This document shows positions 41,144-56,153 of a DNA stretch of 64,000 nt, piece by piece. Both the position numbers and the translations under genes were made by a program. This DNA is from Sarea resinae (lineage: Eukaryota). Under the pieces are notes generated by a model, which saw only the letters and a list, made by a program, of their open reading frames with translations, was not told the DNA's origin and made no database searches. Location: contig JAPEUD010000027.1 of assembly GCA_026026165.1 (NCBI GenBank), positions 124,001 to 188,000 on the forward strand, read 5' to 3'. The stretch's first letter is position 1; each line of letters begins with the position of its first letter.

Positions 41144-41892
41144 AAGAAACACTTGTTTATAACGCCTAAGAATAACCTCTTTATACTACACCTTTATATC
41201 TCTAATAAAGAGGTCTATAGAGTGCGAAATAAGACCTTCTTCTAGGCTAAAATACAGTGTTAATTCTTATAAGATACTAGTAAGGTATACACCTTTATAG
41301 AGAAGAGAGTTATAAAGTTATAGATTAAAAGGACTAACTAGCTAGGCAATTAACAGAGATAAAGCATATAGATAATATAGAGTACACTATTACTATTAAT
41401 TATTAGATTAAGCAATAAGATTAGGTTAAGTTAGAAGAGGTAGTAGGTAAGAGGAATTAGACACAATTAAATATAGAGGTAGCTATAGCAGACAGTATAT
41501 AAGAGTCTTTACTTATTAGTTATAGAGAGCGCTAAGACTATAAAGAAGATAAAGAGAAAGATAACTCTATAGTTGTTAAGAACAGCAAAATAAGCCTCCT
41601 TACTACTACTATTAACTTTGCTATAGATACAACACCTTACTGCTGTAAAAGATATTAAACGCCTGCTTAGAAGGTTAATAATAGTATTAATAGGCTTATT
41701 AGAGTTGCTAAAAAGCTTGTTAAATAGTCTTAGACCTTAGAGAATAGTAGAGAAGCTAATTTAAGACCTATAAAAGAGGTAGTAAAACGTCTAGATTAAG
41801 TAGAGAAGGATTTTAAGTCTCTAAGGTTAATAAAACAAGATATAAAGACTGTTCTAAAGTGTCTTAACCTATTAATAAGTGGAATCAGCTAA
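41144..41892 (+). pseudogene. RIP-mutated accessory ORF, Myb/SANT-like N-part plus coiled-coil C-part (true start uncertain, probably further upstream)
   Basis: KKHLFITPKNNLFILHLYISNKEVYRVRNKTFF*AKI reverts to ..TPEDDLFILRLC...G...FWAKI; later AIDHWIE-like and VVERLDQVEKDF-like segments; one frameshift near 41345. Confidence 0.6.
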
Positions 41893-41906
41893 TTAAACAG
41901 CTAGGA

Positions 41907-43010
41907 TTAATACTTAGAGGTGTTATATATACTAATATATTCCTCTATAGTTAGTAGTTTAATCCTAAATTTAATAGTAACAGACGTTTCGCTATATATA
42001 TAGGTGTAGATATTAGAGAGAAAGACTGCTACTAGATATAGAGCAGTAACTAGCTGTAATAAAGGCTTTAAATTAATGTAGAGACTATTAGATAACTATT
42101 GTATTTAAGTCCTTCTAAACATATGCTTAACTAATATTCTATAGGTTAAGAGGAGTTTATTAAATGTCTTTTAATCTAATAAAAGAGGTGCCTTATATAG
42201 TGCTAGAACACTAAATATATAGTGATATATAGGATCGCTATATATATATATTGTCTCTTTATCTCTATTAACAGCCTTAAGTCTCTCTTAGAGGTCTAAT
42301 TTTAAGAGAATACTCTAGTTATTATTTGTTGCAAGATATAGGCCTATAAGTAAAGAGACTAGGCTATCTAGTGTATAGATCCTTTAGAACTTAAAGCTAT
42401 AATACTTCTTATATCTAGAATATAACTTCCTCTAGTCCTCTCTAGGCCTGTAAAAGGCTCTAAAAGTGCTGTTAATAAAGCCCTATATTGCGTTAATACT
42501 AGGCACGCTAGAATACTTTACTACTAAGGCAGTAAACTCTTTAAAGTAATAATAATTGTTAAGGTATAGATACTAGTGTAACAGATATCTAAAACGTTTA
42601 ACTAAGTGTTAAATAGTGTTATTAAAGATAGTAGAAAGGTATATAAGTGACTGTCTAAAGAGCTCTATAAGTTAGAAGAGTCTTATAGGCTAGGAAAGCT
42701 ATATAAGAAGAAAGTAAAAAGCTAGTTTACTAGTAGGTTTGTTATAAAACCTCTAATTAACAGTGTCTAGTGCAAGATATAGTAGTATTAAGTGTATCTT
42801 AGCCTTATTAAATTGTATATATTGTATAGTCTTTATATCTAACTAGCTATTAAGGTTGAATTTAAACAGTATATAGTTAAAAGTAAGCTACTAAGATAGT
42901 GCCTTATAACACTATTCTAAGAGTTGTTTCTTATGTAAAAGAAGCGCTAAACTACTAATAATAAAGGCTAAGATAGCCTTATTATTAACAGCTATAGGTT
43001 TAGTATCTAT
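41907..43010 (-). pseudogene. RIP-mutated PIF/Harbinger (DDE_Tnp_4/HARBI1-like) transposase, ~368 codons in one frame
   Basis: Observed I*GFINSTFRAFYRP...YSRYKKYYSFKF*RIYTLDSL, IYIYSDPIY and YRILVKHMF revert by transitions to IWGFIDGT..CRP, YSGYKK.HGFKFQG..TPDGL, YGDP.Y and R.SVEH.FG. N-terminal LF(G)(R)S..YLSTIFN helix-turn-helix-like block. Confidence 0.88.
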
Positions 43011-43188
43011 ATGCAATATATTAGGCTAATTATAGAGAGGTAAATCTTGTGATAGTTTCTCTTACAGCTGTAGTGTTGAGTCTGATAGTGGAATAACGGC
43101 ACCTGATTGGTCCATATTAAGCGAGCCTTGGCATGGTGTGACGCTAGCAAGGGTTACCCGGCGTTACCTATTGCGGTATGCACTACCG

Positions 43189-43227
43189 ATAGGATAGGAT
43201 TAACTAGTAAAAACTGCAGAACCTCTC
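43189..43227 (-). repeat. Right TIR (bipartite)
   Basis: Reverse complement reads GAGAGGTTCTGCA-gttttt-ACTAGtTAATCCTATCCTAT. Confidence 0.9.
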
Positions 43228-43717
43228 TACTATCGCGAAAAGTACCAAACGTTCAATGTCAAAAGCATCCAAGTGATCAATATTCATTGCTTTCTCTGCT
43301 TCGATTCACGGTTCCAAGTGCTTCATACTAGGTAGCTTCTGCGGTAATTTCTACGAGGAAATGTAAGGTACACATACCATGATCGACTCGAGTGCTCAAC
43401 GTCAATCACGGTATCCTGTACTCGTGCGGTACATCCTCTACCCTCCAGCCGCGACCCTCCTCGGCTTCCATTGTGGCAGAGACGAAAATTGGCGAAGGTC
43501 ATTGGTTCCGTCATCGCCGCCACTACAAGCGATTCTTTGGCTTCATCACAAAGTATTGCTCTTTCTCGACAGCACCTGTCTTGCACCCCTAAGAGTGCCT
43601 GAACCACTTGCAAAATTACCCGTCCGTTGATCCTCTGTAGGCGTTTCCCCCATATCGCTTACTCGCCGCGGGGAGGGTACCTGAATCATTCCGCCGACTG
43701 CGGCATTTGGCCAAGTT

Positions 43718-47877
<4,160 letters not shown>

Positions 47878-48278
47878 AGTTCAGCATTGCAAGGCGGCAT
47901 GTTCCAGGGTTCATTGTGGAGTTTAGTATTGTTGCGCCAAATCTTGCAATGGGCGTCGTCTCAATCATAATTGTAGAACTATCTACAGACACCCAAAACC
48001 GTCTAAGAATCTTGCAAGGCTTTTTACTTGTGCACTGGCTGGATCTCTCAATAATAGAGCCAACGTTTGAATTTTTCTGAGCAGATGCTGTAGCCCTGAC
48101 TGGGTGTGTGCCATCGTTCGCAGCTGAGATTGAGTGCTCGGTCGGTTGATGTGCCTGTTGTCGTGGGACGAAGAACGGTGGTCGGAAGTTGCCGCGCCCT
48201 CACAACTCCTTTCCGAACACGTTCATCTGGTGCGAATCTCGATCATTGTTTCGATTCTCGACTTCGCAAACCATCACG

Positions 48279-49114
48279 ATGCGGTTACTGCTTCCTGCCT
48301 ATGGCCTGCTGGCCTATTTTGCTTCTGCGGCAACAGCTACTGCTCTGACGTACAAGCTGACTCCCAATGAGAAGGCCTGCTTCTTTGCATCAGTAGACCA
48401 GAAGGGAGCCAAAGTGGCCTTCTATTTCGCTGTACGTTCCCCATGCAATGCCCGCGCTGCTTCTTGCCCGTTGACTAAAGGCATGGCGTAGGTCCAATCG
48501 GGTGGCTCGTTTGATGTCGATTACTCTGTTGTCGGACCGAATGACAAGGTAATCCTCGATGGATCGAAAGAGCGCCAGGGTGACTTTGTTTTCACGGCCA
48601 ACGAAGTCGGCGAATACCGATTCTGCTTCAACAACGAGATGTCGACCTTCGCGGACAAGATGGTCGACTTCGAAGTGGCTGTAAGTCATCACTCTAGTGA
48701 CCTGTGTTTCTTCGGGACTTGAGTAAGGCTCATGCGATGCGGTGCGACGCGCGTGCCATCCACAGGTCGAGAACGAGCAACACGCCCAGCTACCGTCCAG
48801 ACAAGGTACCTCGCCCGAGCAGACCTCGGCGCTCGAAGAATCCATCTTCAAGCTCTCGGGCCAGTTGTCGACCATCACTCGCAACCAGAAATACTTCCGG
48901 ACGAGAGAGAACAGGAATTTCAGCACGGTGCGGAGTACGGAGAGGCGGATCTTCAACTTCAGCATTGTGGAGGGCCTGATGATGGTCACAATGGCTTGTC
49001 TACAGGTCTTCATTGTCCGATTCTTTTTCCAGGGCGCCCGGAAAGGTAAGTTTCCTCAACCGCCTTCGTGGAAGTCTGGAGTTTGAAGCTTACGGGTTTG
49101 TAGGCTATGTGTGA
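48279..49114 (+). CDS. p24/emp24/gp25L family cargo receptor (Erp3-like)
   Basis: Signal peptide, GOLD domain (EKACFF...YRFCFNNEMSTF), coiled coil QKYFRTRENRN, TM, tail FFQGARKGYV*. Confidence 0.92.
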
Positions 49115-52100
49115 TTACGATATTTGATGCATCGGAGGGGCTTAAAATAGGGTCTGTTGATCGACAGCGTGGATTGTTTATATGATCGAAGCTGCGGCAT
49201 GGCATACTGCCCGCCCAGTATTTGAGGGATGAGCGAGCACTCTGAGATGCGCCAACTCGAGTAGGCGGCTTGGATGGCATTTGTACTATCACAATGTAGT
49301 TTTGCTCTTAGGTATCACCATCATGAAGCATCAGAATTGAAGTGCAAAGCCATATGAGCGACTATGAGTGAATTATTTGAATTTTCTAGTGCGACTAGAG
49401 GTGTTGACTTTCAAGGTTGACAGACTACTGCCGGAAAAACACCATCATTGCAGGATAGTGGATAGTCATGGCCATATGGAATTACAAGCCCCTTCTCGCA
49501 AGAGAGCTAGATCAAATGTAAATGAAAACATCAAAAAGATCTTCTGATCTCATTGAAAATAATGGGCAACGAATATCTTTACACCGATAATGTAATTTCA
49601 CTGTTTTGCATATCGCTTGAATGAAATGCCTATGAAAAGCCATAATTCATGAACTTGCATTTCGCCAAATCTTGGAAGCAAACGGTCGTCAAACATTGAG
49701 GATCGGCCCCGAGTTTTCCTAGATGGGTTCAAGGAAAGAAATAATTATGGATGTAAATGTGAGATTTTGAGCCTTGAAAAGTGGTCTCGTGTATGAAGCT
49801 CAAAATCATCCGAGCTCAGCTCCGAGGTAGGTATATTTGACGTTCCCCTCAAACATCCGTATACGGAGTAGTAGTAGTGGTAGTGACCACGGTAGCGCCG
49901 GGCGCCAATGTGATGCGGCCTAGGTATGCCCATGCCTACCTGAAGCCCCACTATCCCACCCATCTCGTGCAGGGGAGCTGACCCTAAGCAATCCAGTCAG
50001 TCGAAGACGGAGAAGCCCCGCGATTATCATGCGTGCGCGTGTGTCTGTTCGCGCTTATCGATCGATCTCACTGCGCTTACCTTATGCGACACATGGATTC
50101 AAAATCGACCGAGATTGATCTCCTGCGAACCTAGTCTTGTGCTTCTGTCAGTGTCCCTTCCTTGGACTTGGGTTGGTGTTGTTTGGCGGGTTGGAGCTGG
50201 ACTAACGACTGGGCTGAGAGGTAAAGAGATGAGATGGGATGAGAAAATTGCCCTGTTTGTGCATTGCGTGTTCACCAAATCTAGAAAGCTGCCCTTGATG
50301 GGCTCCAGCTATTGAGCTGATCAACCAACCATGCCTGGGCTGTCATGACATAGTAGAGTACAGTATCAGCAAGCCAGCATTTACGGAGAGCATGGCTGAG
50401 AGCCGCGGCCGCGAATAGAAGCACAGACATGACATCGCTTCTCGGCTTGTCAGCTCATTCTTTTCTTATTGTCTTCCAGAACGCTGTATGATCTCGAACT
50501 CAAACCTTTCTGGCTCACCATGCTCAGCTATGTTTGGCTATTCTTTCAACTTCAATGGAGCCGTCACTTCTGGGTGGTTTCGCTTTTCCACCGTCCCGTT
50601 CTTGCTTTCTTTTCTGCTCTAGTCTTGCTCAACACTAACAGGGACGACTTTTTGCTGTCTACCCAAACCGACTCGTCTGACAAACAGACGTTCAACCTGA
50701 CGATGGAGTATTATTGAATATTTTTTGGGAAGAGGGCTCGGGTGTCGGTGTCATTGTGAGGTTGTCGCGTTTTGTTGGCCTGGTCGCGTGCTTTCTTCTG
50801 GCTTCGCCTTAGGGCTGTGCTATATGACTTGGAGACCCCTTCCATATTCTCCGTTCTATTTCTTCAATACTTGGAAGATCGAGGACCTTGAAAAGCGGAA
50901 CAATGAAGAGGTTCGACCTGGGAAGGAGCTCCGGGTAGCTAAGACATAAGTCAGTGACCGAAACAGAGTCAGGTCTGAGAATTGAAGACATGAGGGCCTC
51001 AATCGTTCCACTTTCCGGACTTTCCAAAGGATATCAGGAAAAGAAGCTCGAGCTTCTCAATTCTCCCTTCTTGGGATTGTTGGGAAGGAGTTTCTGTCCA
51101 GACGTCCTGTCGGAGGACACCTCTTTGTAGCATCACATTTTGTCCTTTCAGGCGCTCAGGCACGCAGCATCTTGTTCGAAATAGCTGATTGTCGCCAAAG
51201 CAATACTGGCGCAAGAACGAGGTTACGCTTCTGATGTGGCCCTGACAGGTTGCGTCGAAAACTCGTAAAAGTCCAAGACGCTGAATGTCGGCCAAAATGG
51301 GGAACGCTCCAATCTACTCTGGTTCATAGGAGCATGGTAGGGGGTGCCATGACAGAGGTGAGCACTCCACATTGGTTAGATTCAAAGTGCGCTGCCCCAG
51401 TGGTCCTACCCCAACGATCACCCAACGGAAGACTCATGGGCTGTGCGACGAGAATATCTCAAAATGTCTACTTTCTGACATCAGACGTGATGATCGTCAT
51501 TCACTGCATATCTCACCATTATTAGGCATATCTCTGTTATGAGAAAGCTACAGCGCCCCTGTCTTATGACGTCGCCGATGATCGCATACCCGCATTTCTT
51601 GCTCGAACTCTACGGCGCAGTACCGAGCGGTCTGATCTCATACCGGTACGAATTACTGTGCGTCGAATGAGATGGCCCTACCTACTACTCCGGAGTAGGT
51701 ATTTGGATCTAACTCTTTGGCACGTCGTCGGTGTCGATCAGTCAGTCGAGAGCAACGTCATGTAGCGAGACAGGCGGGTTCGCATGTCGAGCGAAAACAG
51801 ACGCAGTCGGAAAGGCTAAAGCTTTTGCCCTTGAGATTGTGTCTTGCATGACCACGGCCAAACCCTTCGAACGTACCAGGTCCTCAAGATCTTCATGTGC
51901 GGAGACTTTCTTCGCTACGTTTTACATTATGCCAAAGATCATGACGAATCATGACGAGGGAATAGATACATGAAAGTGCCCGGCGTGTACGAGACCATGA
52001 GGCAGCTACGGAGAACCTATCCCCTGTCGAGTCCTTCCTTGCTCGCGGAGAACAGGCTTCAACGCCAGCCACGGGATGAAGAAGGGAGGTCAGCATGCGG

Positions 52101-54553
52101 CTCGGGGCAGCGGGCGATGCTCCGCGACGCCATGCTTGGGGAGCTGGAGTAATCAGTTCGTCCTGTAGGACCTGCAGCAGCACGAAAGAGTAAGAAGGTT
52201 CAAAGTATTGACGGGCACTAGAGCGACATTGCCCTGCTCAACCCGGGTACTGTACTGGTCTCCGTCCCCCACATCGGTCCCCTACGCCACGATCGGATTT
52301 CAGTATCGTTGGGAATGGAACTGAGCGATGACCGAAGGCTGCTGGACGGCGTCGTCGTTGGGTCAGAGTCCAGGGCTAAGTGCGAGCAATGACTCTCTTA
52401 CGTTCCAGGACCCGGCAATGAGCTTCACCCCGGTCAGCTTCTGTCATGCTACGGCATTGGGCTGACTGGAGGTATTGGCGCATCTCAAAGGGATCCTCGT
52501 TGGGATATGCTATTCGTAACGATCGTCTGCAGGCAGAAGAGAAGTCTGAAAGCTGGGCTACGAGGCGACAGAGAATGAATCATTTCGAACCTACTCCGAA
52601 TGAGTAGAACATCTACACGACATCATCTCCACTAGGCAAAGTGCCCATGACTCTCTGTCCTTCGAGAAAGCTGGCAGGGGAACATTTACCTAGCGCCGGG
52701 ATGAAGTATGTCTGGCTCAATCAAGGTAGGCACGGATATCAACTCTGTGTCTCATGCAGTACTCGGTAGGCAATCGTGTTGATGGATGGGGATATGACAT
52801 GGTGTTTGTGGAGATGACGATGGACTTGTTGACTGAAAGGCATGTGGATGATGTATGGGAGTTCCTCGTTTGTCATGGTGGTTCCATGCCGCTTCTCGTC
52901 ATGCCGTCATCGGTATGATCCCGGTACCGCTCGCAGGAGGCGACATCGTCGATCGGCAGGGTCCTGCCCAAGCGAGAATGGGGCGTACGAGTGCTGAGGG
53001 AAGAGGACATGCCGTGTGAGTACTACTCTGTAGTAGACCGAGTCGCCTTCCAATTGCCCCTGGGCTGGCGGGTCTGCAGAACATTGCCTCTCTCGGTCCA
53101 AAAAGCATCCATGGATCTATGCCAATCTTCATCTCTGACCGGGACGAGGTACGTACGGTCCGAAGTACTTTCGTACTCCAGGCTCTTACTATTGATGTAA
53201 GTGGGATAAGGGATGAAGATTCGTACTGCGACAAATACCTAGGGTACTTCCATTCCTAGTACTCGACCTACTCCTACTTCGTATTTCGGTACTAGTCCCT
53301 TAGGCATCCAGGATGCGTGGATCGGCTCCCCCACACCTTACTCTGCGATGACGAAGATGATGACGGCGCGTTGGATCAGGTACGAAGAATGGATACATAC
53401 GGTACTTCCCTTACCAGTACTACTCCGGAGTAGGTCGGGACAGGTACGCATCACAGAGCACCAAGGAGGAAAGTACGATGAGTTCCCAGTACTTCTCTGT
53501 CGAGAAGAGAGAGAGCAGTACTCCGTAGTGAGGAGAGGCGAAGGTCCGGTCCCGTTCCAGTCAGTCCAGTCCAGTTGACGACGGCGAAGTGCGAATGTGG
53601 GATAGCTCTGGCGCACATCGCTGTCGAGCGTCCTCGACCGTCATTGGGTTCTCGGGGGGTGAGGCGGGCGGGCGATAGGCTGCTTGCTACGTTGGTGGCG
53701 TCAGCGACATTGAAGCTGCAGCCGCATCGACGCAGTCCTCAGGAGTCGCTCGACCGCCGAGTACATGCGCCCTTGGTCGGCCGGGGCGCATCCGTCGAGT
53801 ACTCCGGAGTAGACCCATGTACTTTTCCGCTTCAGAACATCGAGTCCATGGATGGATCGTTTCTGCTATGGAGCTCTGTCCGTCCGTCTGCAATGTCGAC
53901 GTCGTTGGCCTCACCGAGAAAGGCCAAAGGGGCCAAGAATGACGCTCTGGTGATCGAGCGACATGGGCAGCGTCGTAGCGTCGTAGCGACTTCTTGCCGT
54001 AGCTTAGCGTCACTGTCACCCGTCGCGGCTGCCGGCGCTGCTCTGCTTGCGGCCGACGCTGCTGATGGATGACCGACACCTCCCCTCCATCCATACTCCG
54101 AGTACAGCGTACAATAATGGATGTCTTATCTTCCGGGGACTACGAAGTACCGTACTGACTGTTGCTGCCCGCGGCTACTGGCTACTGGCTCACTGCTGCC
54201 GACCGTTGCTACTACCAGAGTGCGAAGTAGGTCCCCTTGCCCGCCTCCCCTTCTACCACCCCCATAGCAACTGAATCAATTTAAGGGACCGCATGTCCCC
54301 GGAAGGAGTCCCCCCAATCCATTATAATTCAGGAAGCAGCCCGACCGACTCTACCCTTTTACTCCTAATCCCCATCGACCATAGAGATCCCCCTCGCGTG
54401 AACCATCCTGATCTGCCTCTTCAACTACCCTCGAAGTACTCGACCGTCAAAGCGAAGAAATTGAGATTCATCACGAAGAAAGCGCGAGAGCTTTTGTTCT
54501 AACACGATTTCATCTTTTCATCTCCCGGTCCGCCAGACGATCCCACTCGCATC

Positions 54554-54951
54554 ATGACTCCTCATCAAGAATCCGGTGTCTACGTGAACGGCGACTTTTC
54601 GGAACCCATCACTGGCCAGCACAACTTTCAGCAACAGTATGACCTTTCCAATCCCATGAGCGCCATGACCTCTTACGCAAGGTGTGTTCTCCCGAAATAT
54701 TCTACTTGCATCAAGTTCTCGTTCTTCCTCTTGGTGAAGTTCATCTATGTTGCTTCCTTATGTCTGGTAGCCGCTAGTCATTATCAGAGCATGAGACTGA
54801 CAACCATTTCCACAGGACCATGCATCAGCATACTCAAAAGCAGATGGACAGTGCGGCACGGTCAGCTCGTCGACGGCCGGCCTCGGATACGACCATGTCA
54901 GGCCTGACTCCCGAATCGAGCAATAGCTCGGTCCAGTCAACGATGTCGTAG
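54554..54951 (+). CDS. Small (87 aa) two-exon protein of unknown function
   Basis: Exons 54554-54681 and 54816-54951 give MTPHQESG...AMTSYAR|TMHQHTQKQMDSAARSARRR...STMS*; intron has GT, CTGAC and CAG signals. Confidence 0.7.
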
Positions 54952-56153
54952 TGCTCTGTTACCGCGAAAACCTTCCATCGGGCTCATTGATTAGATTTCA
55001 CCACCGCTCTCTTGCTCGTCACCATGTCGGCGACATCATCGAATCATCTGTCACGTTTTGCTCTCTGAAAATCTCACGAACACCCGATAAACCTACGCAC
55101 CCGAAACTCCTTCAACTCCGCTTCACGGCCCTTGGTCGGGGCCGATATATCGTCGATGAGATGCGCCGACCTGGATCTCGCTTTCTTACCACTTCCTGGC
55201 ATCCATTCTCAAAACTCGAGAACGAAATACATTCTTCAGCATTCAGACATCGACCTGACTCCGTCTGAGACTACACTTGTATCCATATATTACTTTTCGA
55301 AGGAGGCGTTGAGACTTCTTTGCGGATAGGGCGCAATTTTCTCTCTCTTTATTTTTCCAGGAATCGCATGGCTAGCCGGGTTCCTTTCGATTGACGTCTG
55401 TCTTTCTCGCTAGCCTTTGGCTTCTGCTCTTTGATGTCGCGCGGACGGGATGCCGATGGCGAACGGCTGACTGGGCTCGGATTTTCGAAATTTGTATTGC
55501 TAGATGGCGTTTGCTGGGGAAGTACACACAGACATGGAGTTTTGTGACCTGTCAACATGTTTTGAATCTGAAGCAGATGATCTGTAAATCAAATTCGCCT
55601 TGACCATCGGTTGTGATTGACCGACCTTTGGGCACCGGCAGCGCGAGGGTAGGGCCTGCAGTGTACTGGTCGATGTGATATCGCAGTAGGTGTGCCGTTG
55701 AATACCTGAGACATGATGAGTACATTATGGAAGTGTGTGCCTCTTTGCTCACTGCTCCGGCGAGTTCATTTGGTTTCTGTTGTGAATACTAATGTTCTGG
55801 TCCTGTTCTTCTACTCATACCTTGACGTGAATAGAAAGAGCAACCTACTACGTAGACCAGGGGCTGGTGCTGAAGTGGTGCTTATCGTAACCGAAAACTT
55901 GCCTATCGCGGTTAGTGTTGCCCGGATCCTGATCAACATTCACCTGTAGACAGACAGACAAACCGACAACCAGCGAGAGACATTCACCGCGAGCTCCAAT
56001 AGCACTGATGCAGGAAGCCACGACGGATGAATCTGTGTGCACTGTGCTGCACTGATTGATGTCTAGCATCTCCGTCACCGTCTCGTACACGACCATGGCT
56101 TCTTTTTGCATCACCACCGCTGTCTCCGCAATCTACGCTCGAGCACGCGCATA

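Larger units (their letters stand above)
40608..43227. mobile_element. Full-length PIF/Harbinger-type DNA transposon, inactivated by RIP (2620 bp)
   Basis: Terminal inverted repeats beginning GAGAGGTTCTGCA; TpA-rich, stop-riddled interior; two convergent relic ORFs (DDE transposase and Myb/SANT-like). Confidence 0.88.

Noticed and set aside
40608..43227. Tc1/mariner (TA flank) or hAT (TAGAG start) assignment
   Set aside because: The relic protein has PIF/Harbinger motifs (GFIDGT, YGDP, R.SVE) and a second ORF, and there is no 8-bp TSD.
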